A stretch of 64,000 bases of DNA from an uncultured Nitrososphaerota archaeon (GTDB lineage: Archaea > Thermoproteota > Nitrososphaeria > Nitrososphaerales > Nitrosopumilaceae). The first letter of the stretch is position 1, and each line of letters opens with the position of its first letter. Shown one piece after another: positions 31,878 to 43,273 of the stretch. A program made the position numbers and the translations under genes. Location: contig CAWGPD010000004.1 in the NCBI GenBank assembly GCA_963824385.1, positions 576,001 through 640,000 of the forward strand, written 5' to 3'. The notes below the pieces were generated by a model. That model was not told where the DNA came from and ran no database searches. It saw only the letters and a program-made list of their open reading frames with translations.

Positions 31878-32714
31878 ATGCAGGTGAGGACACCAGCTGT
31901 TGCTGGAATGTTCTATCCAAAAACAAATCAAGAGTTAAAATCAGCCATAAGAAATTGTTTTTTACATAATTATGGTCCTGGAAAATTACCACCTTCTCTA
32001 GATGATAAAAAAATCATTGGTGTAATATGCCCTCACGCAGGATACGAGTATTCTGGTCCAATAACTGCAAATTCATACTATGCAATATCATCACAAAGAC
32101 CTGAGCTGGTGATAATAATTGGGCCAAATCATTGGGGGATAGGACGAGATGTTGCCATTATGAAAGAAGGAGTGTGGAGAACTCCTCTAGGAGATATCGA
32201 AATAGATACAGAACATGCAATTGAAATCAACAAGATTTGTAAGTTGATAGAGATAGATTCTTTTTCTCATACAAGAGATCATTGTTTAGAAGTGCAACTT
32301 CCAATGCTTCAAGAAATATTTTCTTACAAATTTAAGATCTTACCTTTAATTTTAATCGACCAAAGTCATCATGTTACAAGTGAGATTGGTAGAGCTATAG
32401 CGAAAATTGCGAAAATTAAGAAGACTATGATCATTGGTTCTTCAGATTTTACTCATTACGAACCAAATGATTTTGCCCATGCACAGGATAAATCTTTGAT
32501 AGAGGCAGTAATTAGCTTGGATGTGGATAAATTTTATAATATTTTACAAGAAAAACAGGTTAGCGCATGTGGGTATGGAGCGATCGCATCTACCATGATA
32601 GCTTGTAAGGAATTGGGAGCAACCAAAGGCATTTTGAACAAATACGCTACCAGTGGTGATATAACAGGAGATAAGAGTTCAGTGGTTGGATATGCATCGA
32701 TAATATTTGTATGA
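31878..32714 (+). CDS. MEMO1 family protein
   Basis: RTPAVAGMFYP, PHAGYEYSG, GPNH, SSDFTHY, CGYG, VGYAS. Confidence 0.93.
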   Translation: MQVRTPAVAGMFYPKTNQELKSAIRNCFLHNYGPGKLPPSLDDKKIIGVICPHAGYEYSGPITANSYYAISSQRPELVIIIGPNHWGIGRDVAIMKEGVWRTPLGDIEIDTEHAIEINKICKLIEIDSFSHTRDHCLEVQLPMLQEIFSYKFKILPLILIDQSHHVTSEIGRAIAKIAKIKKTMIIGSSDFTHYEPNDFAHAQDKSLIEAVISLDVDKFYNILQEKQVSACGYGAIASTMIACKELGATKGILNKYATSGDITGDKSSVVGYASIIFV

Positions 32715-33664
32715 AATCGATTGCATCTGCTCCTGGAAAAATTATCCTTTTCGGTGAACATTTTGTGGTATACGGTATCAAAGCAATACTCTGTTCCATA
32801 GACAAAAGAATAACTGCAACCTCACAATTTTTGGATGAAAAGATAATCAGAGTAAGTTCTTCGTTAGGTGAGTTAGATATGAAACTAGACTCTTTAAATA
32901 ATTTAGAAAAGATACCTCAAAAATTTATGAAACCATTTTTTTACATAGCAAAGAAGGCAATAGAAGAGAATTCCACTGAGAAAGGCATTGAGATAATTTT
33001 AGAGTCAGAGATACCTGCTGGAGTAGGATTAGGCTCATCATCCGCTGCATGTGTTGCAGCTACGGCTTCAGTCTACGGATTGTTTAACAAGTTATCAAAA
33101 GATGAAGTAGTAAAAAGAGCAATACAGGCAGAGCGTACTATATTTGAACAAGACTCAGGGGCAGATTCGTCTGTTTCTACATTTGGAGGATTAATGTCAT
33201 ATGATCTAAGTAATGGATTTCAAAACATACCATCAAAAAATGATTTGAGTTTTATAATATCAAATTCTGCTCAGATTCACGATACTCAAGATGTAGTAAG
33301 ACAAGTTAGGTATTTTAAAGAAAAAAATGAAGAAATTTTTAGGAAATTATGTGAACAGGAAATTGAGATAGTTTATAATGCAACAACAGCCCTAGAAGAA
33401 AATAACTTAAATAAATTAGGTGCGTTGATGTTAAAAAATCAAGAGTTGTTAAAAAAGATAGGAATTTCTACAGAAAAAATTGATCTTCTAGTAAAAGAGG
33501 CAAAGAGAACTTCCTATGGAGCAAAGATAACAGGAGCTGGCGGAGGCGGATGCATTATTTCTCTCGTAGATGATTCAAACAGAAAAAACACTCTAGACAA
33601 TTTAGGAAAAATTTCAGATTGTTTTTTGGCAAAAATAGATTACAGTGGACTAACCTATACATAA
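32711..33664 (+). CDS. mvk: Mevalonate kinase
   Basis: APGKIILFGEHFVVYG, PAGVGLGSSSA, KITGAGGGG. Confidence 0.95.
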   Translation: MKSIASAPGKIILFGEHFVVYGIKAILCSIDKRITATSQFLDEKIIRVSSSLGELDMKLDSLNNLEKIPQKFMKPFFYIAKKAIEENSTEKGIEIILESEIPAGVGLGSSSAACVAATASVYGLFNKLSKDEVVKRAIQAERTIFEQDSGADSSVSTFGGLMSYDLSNGFQNIPSKNDLSFIISNSAQIHDTQDVVRQVRYFKEKNEEIFRKLCEQEIEIVYNATTALEENNLNKLGALMLKNQELLKKIGISTEKIDLLVKEAKRTSYGAKITGAGGGGCIISLVDDSNRKNTLDNLGKISDCFLAKIDYSGLTYT

Positions 33665-33819
33665 AATACGAGATTTAGTTTCAATTGCAAATATTTAGTA
33701 ATTTACAAGACAAGCATTGTTAAGAAAAGAAAACCTAGGTATCATATGTCAAAGAATTTCATTATCACATGAATTCAGTGATATACTTTTTAAAACCGTT
33801 CATAGTACTGGTAAAAATC

Positions 33820-34560
33820 ATGATCTTGATGAAACTTGGAGGTTCAATAATTACTAATAAAGAAAAGCCATTGACGCCCAATAGAAATTTAATCAGAAAA
33901 ATTGCGTCAAGTCTCAAAAATGTAGACGAGTCAATTGTCATAATACATGGCGGAGGTTCTTTTGGTCATCATTGGTCGGTAAAATATAACATGCATACCA
34001 AACCACAAAAATATAGTATCAAAGGAGTTGCCTCTGTAAAAAATTCAATGGTAGAATTAAACAGTATTGTACTACAGTCATTTCTTGAATCTGGTCTAAA
34101 ACCATATTGTTTACCTCCCAGTGATTTTATGATAGGTGGCAAGCCACTGACCAAGAAAGTTGAGGAAATTTCCAATATTGCAAAGACAGGATTGATCCCT
34201 ATTTCTTATGGAGATGCCATGTGGTTTGGGAAAAACAAGTTCTATATCTTGTCTGGAGATAGAATAATGGGAGTTCTTGCCAAATTGTTACGTCCACGTC
34301 TTGCAATTTTCGTTACAAATGTAGATGGAGTATATTCAGATATGAAAAGTAAGAGGCTTTTGAATGAGATTACTAAAGAAATACCGATTATTTCAGAAGT
34401 AACAATGGATGTAACAGGAGGTATGTCTCGTAAAATAAAAGAAGCTTTTCGCATATCTAAAGACGGAACGGATGTTTTCTTTGTAAATGGAAAGATTCCA
34501 AAGAGAATAACAAATGCAATAAATGGCAAGAGTTTTGAGGGAACAATATTCAGAGGATAA
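33820..34560 (+). CDS. Isopentenyl phosphate kinase
   Basis: KLGGSIIT, HGGGSFGH, SGD, DVTGGM; lies between mvk and idi. Confidence 0.9.
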   Translation: MILMKLGGSIITNKEKPLTPNRNLIRKIASSLKNVDESIVIIHGGGSFGHHWSVKYNMHTKPQKYSIKGVASVKNSMVELNSIVLQSFLESGLKPYCLPPSDFMIGGKPLTKKVEEISNIAKTGLIPISYGDAMWFGKNKFYILSGDRIMGVLAKLLRPRLAIFVTNVDGVYSDMKSKRLLNEITKEIPIISEVTMDVTGGMSRKIKEAFRISKDGTDVFFVNGKIPKRITNAINGKSFEGTIFRG

Positions 34561-34563
34561 ACT

Positions 34564-35203
34564 ATGGAATATCTAATTCTTGTAGATAGTAATGATAACC
34601 AAATAGGAACTGAAGAAAAAGTGAAATGTCACTTACCAAATGGAAAACTTCACAGGGCCTTTACAATATTTTTATTCAATAAGGAAGGAAAATTATTGCT
34701 TACACAACGAAGCAAGGACAAGATGTTGTGGCCAGGAGATTGGGATGGGACAGTAGCTAGTCATCCAAGACAGTCAGAGAATTATATTTCATCTGCAGAA
34801 AGAAGATTACCCGAAGAATTAGGAGTTACATGCAAATTAGATTATTTACATAAATTTGAATATCATGTACCCTACAAGGATATTGGTTCAGAAAATGAAG
34901 TTTGTGGTACTTTAATTGGAATTTTAGATGACTCTTCCAAAATAAAGACTTGTAGAAGGTGAAATTGCAGATTTCAAGTGGGTTACACTTGAAGAATTAT
35001 TATCAGAGATAAAGAATTCACCGAATATTTTTTGCCCGTGGTTATTAGTTGCGCTTTATTTCATACCAGAGTCAAGTCAAAATATCAATGATAAACACAA
35101 AGAAATTCTCAAGATGTGGAATAGAGATGATCTCAAGAGTAAACTTGAAGAGTCATTAAAGTATCATTTTCCAGATCATAGATGGGAGCTTAAAAAAGAA
35201 TGA
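34564..35203 (+). CDS. idi: Type 1 (Nudix) isopentenyl-diphosphate isomerase (frameshift ~34950)
   Basis: KCH...LHRAF, LLTQRS, WPG.W, SHP, RRLPEELG, ENEVC; continues VEGEIADFKW...FCPW...WELKKE* in the shifted frame. Confidence 0.9.
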
Positions 35204-36182
35204 AATTAGAAACGTTAGCAAAAACAGCATTTACGATAGACTCATTTCTTTCATTAAGACTGTCAGGGGAACCTAGAGATCTATACCAAGCAGCAAGTTA
35301 TTTGATTGATCATGGAGGAAAAAGATTGAGGCCATATATGGTCGTAAAAGGCTGTCAACTCTTAGGAGGAACTGTAAAACAGGCAATACCTGCAGCTGCT
35401 GCAATTGAAATGATACATAATTTCACATTAGTACATGATGATATCATGGACAACGATGAAGTAAGACATGGCGTGCCTACAGTTCATATAAAATTTGGAA
35501 TTCCAATAGGAATTCTTGCAGGTGATTTATTATTTTCAAGAGCGTTTGAAACTATTTCAAAACCTTATCTCCACAAGTCAAATGAAATTGGCATGAGTCT
35601 TGTTACTACATTGGCAAAAGCATGCACAGAAGTCTGTGAGGGTCAAGCACTTGACATCAGCATGGCAAAATCAAATAAAATTCCAAATGAAAGTCAATAT
35701 ATTAAAATGATTGAGAAAAAAACATCGTCATTATTTATAGCATCATGTTCAATGGGAGCAATAACTGCAAACAAAAATTTGTCTGACGTGACCAGATTAC
35801 TACATTTGGAAGAAATCTGGGAATTGCTTTTCAGATAATTGACGATTTAATTGGAGTAATAGGGGATCCCAAGATTACAAAAAAACCTGTGGGAAACGAT
35901 ATTAGAGAAGGAAAGAAATCGCTTCCAATTTTAATGGCAATTAAAAAAGCAAATAATCAAGAAAAGAAGACAATCCTTAACGCATTTGGTAATTCATCTG
36001 TTTCAAAAAGTGAAGTAGAAAGAGCTGTTTCTACAATATCCGCTCTGGGTATAGAAAAAGTAATAAAACAAAAGGCAACATATCATTCCAACATAGCCAA
36101 GAAATCCATATCAGTATACGATGGACCTGCAAAAAAAGAACTACTCTCTTTGCTTGATTTTGTTGTAGAGAGGAGTCTTTAG
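35200..36182 (+). CDS. Geranylgeranyl diphosphate synthase (frameshift ~35800)
   Basis: GGKRLRP, FTLVHDDIMD, GQALD, KT, then FQIIDD and GNDIREGKKS in the second frame. Confidence 0.93.
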
Positions 36183-37888
36183 TTGGATGATGAATTAAAA
36201 AGAGTAATTCGAGGAATTGCTCTTCTTAATGCATCCGAACATGATGGAAAGACTAGGAACGATTCAATCATTTCTAAAGTAATTGGTACTAAACCAGAAC
36301 TTCAATCAAGAATCAAGGATATCATTCCACTTATTTCACAAGAAGTAAATGATGTTAACAAATTATCATTAGAAACCCAAAAAGAGGAACTCGCAAAAAA
36401 ATATCCAGAATTACTCATAGTAAAACCGAAGCATGAGAGAGTAGGTCTTCCACTTCTTGAAGGAGCAGAACAAGGTAATGTAATTACACGTTTTCCTCCA
36501 GAACCCAACGGTTATCCACATATTGGACATGCAAAGGCATCGATAATTGATGAGGAGTACGCAAAAATGTATGGAGGTAAACTCATTTTGAGATTTGATG
36601 ATACGAATCCAGAGAAGGAACGTCTAGAGTACTATGCAGCAATCAAGGTTGGTCTTGATTGGCTTGGTGTAAAGTATGATCTTGTAAAAAATACATCTGA
36701 TGACATGGAAATAATTTACAAAAAGCTAGAGAGCTCATAGATTCTGGTGATGCATATGTTTGCACGTGTGACAAGGAAACAATTAGCAAGAATAGGAGAG
36801 AGATGTCATCCTGTAAGTGTAGAGCGGGAGATCTTAATCAAAATGTATCTCGTTGGAATAAAATGTTTGATAAGTTCAAACCAGGAGAAGCCATTGTTAG
36901 ATTTCGTGGGGATATGAAATCAGAGAATACAGTTATGCGAGATCCAACATTATTAAGAATAATAGATGAATCGCATCCAATCCACAAGGACAAGTATAGA
37001 GTTTGGCCAAACTATGATTTCGCAGTTTCTATTGAAGACAGTATTGATGGAATAACTCATGCATTTAGAACTAAAGAATATGAATTGCGAACTGAGCTCT
37101 ATAACACACTTTTAGACAAACTTGGTATGCGTAAACCAAAGATGATGGAGTTTTCCAGGTTAGAGTTTGAAGGAATGCCTGTTTCTAAAAGAGTACTAAA
37201 ACCTCTAGTAGAGGAGGGAAAAGTATCAGGATTTGATGATCCTAGACTTCCTACTCTTGAGGGATTACGTAGGAGAGGCATAGTTCCAGAAGCCATTAGG
37301 AAATTTGTTATTTCTCTTGGCTTTACTAAATCAGATACTTTACCACCATTTGAAACACTTGAATCATTTAATCGAAAGATAATAGACCCTTCAAGTGTAA
37401 GATTATTCATTGTTTTTGAACCAGTAAAATTAAAAGTTATTAACAACAATCTTACTGATATTGAGATTTCAAATCATCCACAAAATGATATGGGTAAAAG
37501 GAAAATTAAGATAGATGGAAATTTTTTCGTATCGGGTAATGATTCTAATACATTAAAAATCGGTGATGAGGTAAGATTGTTAGAATTATACAATATAAAA
37601 ATAACAAAAATAGGTTATGAAATAGAAGGAGAGATTACTAGTAGTAATTACAAATCAGATATTCCTAAAATTCAATGGATTCCAAGAAATAATCCAGTAA
37701 ACATAGAAGTCTTGATACCAAACATACTCTTCATAAATGACCAATTTAATGAAAATAGTCTTGAAGTTAAACAAGGTATTACAGAACAATACTACTTAGA
37801 GTTAAATGTGGGAGCAGAAATTCAATTCATGAGATTCGGATATTGCAGGAAAGATTCTGCGAATCAGGCGATATATACTCACAAGTGA
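36183..37888 (+). CDS. gltX: Glutamyl-tRNA synthetase (frameshift ~36725)
   Basis: RFPPEPNGYPHIGH, RFDDTNP, VSKR, DDPRLPT, QFMRFGY. Confidence 0.96.
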
Positions 37889-37893
37889 AGAAA

Positions 37894-38755
37894 ATGAAGA
37901 TTGCAAGATTACTTAGACAAAATATTGAAACATATGCTATTGTTAATGGCGAAAAGGTTTTGACAAGAGAAAGCATGACATCACAAACTGGAATTCCCAT
38001 ACCACAGAATATTAAAGATTTTTTGTTTGATGGATGGTATGATGAAATAAAGACTAATGCAAAAAATTTAAACTATAATGAAAATTTATCTGATTTCAAA
38101 TTTCTTGCTCCCATTCCAAATCCATCTAAAATAATTTGTCTAGCATTTAATTACAAAGATCATGCCAAAGAACAAAATTTGATTCCACCTGATGAGCCAG
38201 CCATAGTTATCAAACCAAGAACAACACTCAATGGAGACTACATCTGATATAGTTTGTCCATCATTTGTCTCAAAGCTTGATTATGAAATCGAGCTTGCTG
38301 TAATAATTGGCAAGGACTGTAAGAACATATCAGAAAAAGAGGCAAAAGAAGCAGTTTTCGGATATATGGTTTTAAACGATGCATCTGCACGAGACATTCA
38401 AGCAAAGGATAAACAGTTTACAAGAGCAAAGGGTTTTGATACTTTTGCACCTTGCGGTCCTTGGATAACCACTGCAGATGATATACCTGATCCACAAAAT
38501 CTCAAAATGATAACCAAAGTTAATGGAGATATTAGACAGAATTCTTCAACATCAAATATGCATCTTAAGGTCTATTCCATCGTATCTTTGTTAAGCAAGG
38601 CTATGACATTGGAAAAGGGCGACATCATATCTACTGGTACTCCTGCAGGAGTCATGCTCAACAAACCAGATGCCATCTTTTTGAAGGATGGTGATAAGAT
38701 TGAAATGGAAATAGAAAATCTTGGCAAACTGCAAAATACTGTGAAATTTGTATAA
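37894..38755 (+). CDS. Fumarylacetoacetate hydrolase family protein (frameshift ~38240)
   Basis: KIICLAFNYKDH, DYEIELAV, NDASARD, KGFDTF, GDIISTGTPAG. Confidence 0.92.
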
Positions 38756-38819
38756 TTCAAGATTCTGAAATCATAGAACCAGCATTAAAATTATTAAGAG
38801 TTAAAATTTCTTATCAGAC

Positions 38820-39128
38820 ATGGGAAAAATAATTGTTGGAAAAGTAAGTGATTTCATTCCGGGCAAAATACAAAAGGTTGCAATAGATGGCAAGGATGTA
38901 CTTGTTGCAAATATCGATGGAGTATATTATGCAGTTAATGACACATGTACACATGCAGGAGCAAGTCTTTCTGAAGGAAGTTTGGATGGAACAATCATAA
39001 CATGTGGATGGCATGGAGCAAAATTTGATTGTAAGACGGGCAAGCTTTCTTCTTTTCCTGCCAAGATAAAAGACTTGAATTCGTATAAAGTAATAGTAGA
39101 ATCAGAAAATATCTTTGTAGAAGTATAA
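38820..39128 (+). CDS. Rieske-type [2Fe-2S] ferredoxin
   Basis: CTH...CGWH motifs. Confidence 0.92.
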   Translation: MGKIIVGKVSDFIPGKIQKVAIDGKDVLVANIDGVYYAVNDTCTHAGASLSEGSLDGTIITCGWHGAKFDCKTGKLSSFPAKIKDLNSYKVIVESENIFVEV

Positions 39129-39175
39129 TGCAAACTTTATAAAATAAGCACAATTAGCATAGACTGGATGTTACA

Positions 39176-39448
39176 ATGGTCGAAAAAAAGGATCCAAATA
39201 TTGACACTTTAAACACGGCCATCACAACTTTGGTTGAAATTGCAGCAAATCCTTCTACTCCAAGAAACATCAAGAAAGATTTGACAGACTTGATTACTGA
39301 ATTAAAAAAGCAAAATTCTCCTGTTTCAGTAAGAGCAGCAAATGCCATAAGCGCTCTTGATGACATATCACAAGACCCTAACATGCCATCATACGTCAGA
39401 GTTACATTGTGGCAGGCAGTTTCTGCTCTAGAAAGAATAAGAGAATAA
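39176..39448 (+). CDS. UPF0147 family protein
   Basis: PRNIK...RAANAISALDDISQDPNMPSYVRVTLW. Confidence 0.9.
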   Translation: MVEKKDPNIDTLNTAITTLVEIAANPSTPRNIKKDLTDLITELKKQNSPVSVRAANAISALDDISQDPNMPSYVRVTLWQAVSALERIRE

Positions 39449-39473
39449 ATTTAGTCTAAATTATCATCATTTA

Positions 39474-40238
39474 GTGAAAATTGAAGATTACCTATCATCA
39501 CTTCCAAGTTCCATAATCAGTGGTGAGGATGTCGAATTATCAGATAAAACATTAAAAGAGATCTTTCGATTTGCAGACTTGGCTGAAAATGACGTATTTT
39601 ACCATCTAGGATGTGGTAGTAGCAACAGCGTTGCAATATCTTTACAAGAGTTCAAGGTAAAGAAAGCAATTGGTATTGACAATAATAAAGACAAGATAGA
39701 ACATGCACAGAAACTTTTTGAAGAAAAGCACATTTCAAATGGATCATTTAGATGTCAGGATGTCACAGTTTCCGATATTAGTGATGCTACTGTAATACTT
39801 TTTTGGTTTTCAGATGAGAAAGTAATTGAAAAAATGATCTCAAAATTTGAAAATCTAAAACCTGGATGCAAGATAATAACTATATGGGGACCTCTTACTG
39901 GATTCATGCCAGATAAGGTAGATTTTCCATATATCCTAAATATTACACCATTCAAGAAAGCAGAATCTCTCAGAGAGCAGATGCTTTCAATATTTAATAC
40001 TGATTGCATAGATTTTGCTGTTGCATGGGAATTTGCTGATAGATATTCAAAAGCTATCGGTCTAAAGAATTCCGAAAATGACAGGTTTTTGACTATACTC
40101 CAGACACTTGTAATATGGATAAACGCAAAAAATCTAGGCATTGCATGTGGGGATGACATACCAGATCCTGTAAAAAGCTATATAGGAATTCTCAAGACTT
40201 TTTTCAACATAGAAGTGGAGCACTTGCTTGACCACTAG
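39474..40238 (+). CDS. SAM-dependent methyltransferase-fold protein
   Basis: FYHLGCG (motif I variant), AIGID, ATVILFW, LKPGCKII. Confidence 0.7.
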   Translation: MKIEDYLSSLPSSIISGEDVELSDKTLKEIFRFADLAENDVFYHLGCGSSNSVAISLQEFKVKKAIGIDNNKDKIEHAQKLFEEKHISNGSFRCQDVTVSDISDATVILFWFSDEKVIEKMISKFENLKPGCKIITIWGPLTGFMPDKVDFPYILNITPFKKAESLREQMLSIFNTDCIDFAVAWEFADRYSKAIGLKNSENDRFLTILQTLVIWINAKNLGIACGDDIPDPVKSYIGILKTFFNIEVEHLLDH

Positions 40239-40253
40239 ACTGAATTCTCAGTC

Positions 40254-40637
40254 ATGTTTTTATTTGGAAATGTCATTATAGAATCCATGATGCAAGAAAG
40301 AATCAATATCAATGTATCAGCTATAGATTATGAAAATACCAGTAAAGCAATCATATTGACATTGAGCAATGCGGAAAAAATGGTTCATGGTGAAAATGAC
40401 TTCATAGTAACAGATTCAGAATTTGCTTTTGGATGGCATTTTTATGTGGTTTGTGTCAACAGATCACTTGTAAAGAAGCTCTCTGATCAAATGGGACCAG
40501 ATTTTGAAAAGATAAAGGGAAAAGGTTTAGATCACAAGTTTTTGACTTGGTTGAGTGACAAGGTTAGTCAAAAAAACTTGAAGGTAAAACTAGCCATCAA
40601 AGAAGAGATGGAATCAAGTAAATTTGGAATATTCTAA
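40254..40637 (+). CDS. Hypothetical protein
   Basis: Clean ORF in an operon-like run; true start probably ATG ~40288. Confidence 0.7.
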   Translation: MFLFGNVIIESMMQERININVSAIDYENTSKAIILTLSNAEKMVHGENDFIVTDSEFAFGWHFYVVCVNRSLVKKLSDQMGPDFEKIKGKGLDHKFLTWLSDKVSQKNLKVKLAIKEEMESSKFGIF

Positions 40638-40671
40638 AATATCAATTATTCAAGCAGAATAAATAAAAAAA

Positions 40672-40744
40672 GGCCCTTGAGGGGAATCGAACCCCTGTCC
40701 GGGGATCCACAGTCCCCTATACTGGCCACTGTACTACAAGGGCC
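40672..40744 (-). tRNA. tRNA-His(GTG) with encoded G-1
   Basis: Reverse complement G-GCCCTTG-TAGTACAGTGGCCAGTATA-GGGGA-CTGTGGA-TCCCC...GGTTCGATTCC-CCT-CAAGGGC-C. Confidence 0.96.
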
Positions 40745-40850
40745 ACATGAAGAAAATTGTTGTCAGTCCAGTATTAATCTTAACTCAACTGAATAGATAC
40801 CAACTTTTAGGATATTCTAGTAACTTGTTTTTGCTACAATCAGAGATATT

Positions 40851-41904
40851 TTATGGATTAATGATTCCTCGGCCTATTATTTTTCCTTCTTTTAGCATTG
40901 TCAATGCTTCTGTTGCCTGATTAAGTTTAAACTTGTTTGAGATCATTGGCTTGATTATTCCTCTTCGTGCAAGAGAAATTAATTCAATCATATCAGTCAT
41001 AGAACCTGTGTATGATCCCATCAACTTGTATGCCCTAGTAGGCATTGTTACAAGATTTAATTGCAAAGAACCTCCAAATAGACCTACAAGAACAACACGA
41101 GCTCTGCGTCGTAGAATTTGCATATCAACTTCTACGGATTTTGTAGCATTAACAAAATCAATTACAGCATCAGCGCCCAAATTACCTGTTAATTCCATTA
41201 TAGCTTTTACAGGATCTTCCTTGGAGGAATTGATAGTAATGTCTGCACCACTTTGTTTTGCTACTTTTAATTTATCATCATTGACATCTAATGAAATTAT
41301 TTTTGCACCACTAATTGCTTTAGCCAATTGAATACCCATCAATCCAAGTCCTCCAGCACCTACAATCACTACATTATCAGCTGGGTTTAGTTTTGCAGTT
41401 TTAATTGCACCATAGGCAGTAAGAGCAGAACAAGATAAAGGCGCGCATATATCGGTGTCCATGTCATTTATTTTTGCCAAATATTTGTAATTTGGAACAA
41501 GAACATATTCTGCATAACCACCATCATTGTAAACACCCAAAGATCTTGGTTTATCACAAAGATTTTCCTCGCCCACCCTACAAGCAGGACATAGACCTTC
41601 ACCTATCCAAGGAAAAACTAGAACCTTCTCATTTTTTACAAATCCCTCTACATCTTCACCCATACTCTCTACTACTCCGGCAACTTCATGTCCTGGAGTT
41701 AATGGATATTTTACACCTCTATCAGTTGTTTTCATGAAAGAACCTCCAGGTCCCTCATATCCGCCATCCCAGAGATGTATATCACTATGACATACGCCAG
41801 CAGATTCCACTTTAATGAGAACTTGGGAACCCCTAGGTTTTGGAGTTTCAAGAGATTGAATTTCAGAGAGCTTCCTTTACTCGTACTATTCTAGCAGCAT
41901 TCAT
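40851..41904 (-). CDS. adh: Zn-dependent alcohol dehydrogenase (N-terminal frameshift ~41868)
   Basis: GVCHSD, GHE, CPAC...C, GAGGLG; upstream frame MNAARIVRVKE. Confidence 0.92.
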
Positions 41905-42074
41905 GCTATGCGTTATCAGTATGTAATATAAGATAGTTTTGTGAATAATGTATATCTTTGAACTATTTCAAAATAATGTGATTTATGATATTTTAGATTA
42001 CAAAATGTACCATATTGATCGCTTCCTGATAATCAGGCGTAAGTTTATTAGAAACAAAAAAAATATCCGCATTC

Positions 42075-42203
42075 ATGAAGTCGAAAGGCTGGTTCATTGC
42101 CATGGGAATTACTACAGTTGTTATCTTTGTAAGCATGTTATACCTTGGTAAAATATGGTGTGTCCCAATGGAAAATGCTCCATGTGTATCTTTCTGGAAA
42201 TAG
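42075..42203 (+). CDS. 42-aa single-pass membrane microprotein
   Basis: Manual translation MKSKGWFIAMGITTVVIFVSMLYLGKIWCVPMENAPCVSFWK*; tttatta box ~25 nt upstream. Confidence 0.55.
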   Translation: MKSKGWFIAMGITTVVIFVSMLYLGKIWCVPMENAPCVSFWK

Positions 42204-42244
42204 ATTAGTCTAGATTTAATTAAAACCTACTCAAAAAGTAAGTT

Positions 42245-43273
42245 ATGAGTTGCTCTGGAGAAACAGTAGAAGTTTCAAATGATTTTATCCAAATTAAGCC
42301 AATGATTTTAGATCAGCTAAAGAAAGCAAAGTATGGAGTTTCAGATCATGGAACTGTTGAGCTATGTCATTGGACAAAAAAATCATTCAAAGATGATGGT
42401 CAGTGTTACAAACACAAGTTCTATGGGATTTCAACTCACAGGTGTATGGAATTTTCCCCAGCTGGAATGTTTTGTGAAAATCGATGTGTTTACTGCTGGA
42501 GGCCAATGGAGTTTTACAGTTCTTTAGAGATGCCACCTGATAAGGTTGCACCGCCCGAGGTAATCATGTCTAATCTAATGGAAGAACGTAAGAAATTGAT
42601 CATGGGTCATTATGGTGATCTAAAAAGCAACAAGGAAAAACTAGATGAATCACTTCTTCCAAGTCATTATGCAATTTCACTATCAGGAGAACCTACTATG
42701 TATCCACAATTGCCTGAGCTTATAAAATATCTAAAGAAACTCCCTGCTACAAAATCAATATTTCTTGTAACAAACGGTCAGGAACCCGAAATGTTGCAAA
42801 GACTAGGTGACGAAGATGCATTGCCTACACAGTTGTATCTTTCGACAAATGCTCCTAACGCAGAAATATTTGATCTAGTAAACAGACCAAAATACAAAGA
42901 TGCGTGGAAGAGATGGAATACAAGTCTTGAATTACTTGCAGATCTTGATACAAGAACAGTATTACGATTCACCTTGATTAAAGATTACAATGCCAATGAA
43001 AAATTAATTCCAGAATATGCACAATTGATAAATCGTGCTAACGTACATTTTATAGAATTAAAATCATACATGCATGTAGGCAGATCTAGAAATAGATTAG
43101 AATATACAAATTCTCCAGACATGTCTGAAATAAGATATTTTTCAAATCAAATTATAAAGCAGAGTGGAATGTATTCAATTATGGATGAAAGTGAGATGTC
43201 TAGAATTGTTGTTCTTCAGAATCAGAATAGATTCATCGACCGCGTGATTTCCTCTTATTCAGATACCAATTAG
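42245..43273 (+). CDS. taw1: 4-demethylwyosine synthase (radical SAM)
   Basis: CHWTK, CYKHKFYGISTHRC, CENRCVYCWR, SLSGEPT, ELKSYM. Confidence 0.95.
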   Translation: MSCSGETVEVSNDFIQIKPMILDQLKKAKYGVSDHGTVELCHWTKKSFKDDGQCYKHKFYGISTHRCMEFSPAGMFCENRCVYCWRPMEFYSSLEMPPDKVAPPEVIMSNLMEERKKLIMGHYGDLKSNKEKLDESLLPSHYAISLSGEPTMYPQLPELIKYLKKLPATKSIFLVTNGQEPEMLQRLGDEDALPTQLYLSTNAPNAEIFDLVNRPKYKDAWKRWNTSLELLADLDTRTVLRFTLIKDYNANEKLIPEYAQLINRANVHFIELKSYMHVGRSRNRLEYTNSPDMSEIRYFSNQIIKQSGMYSIMDESEMSRIVVLQNQNRFIDRVISSYSDTN

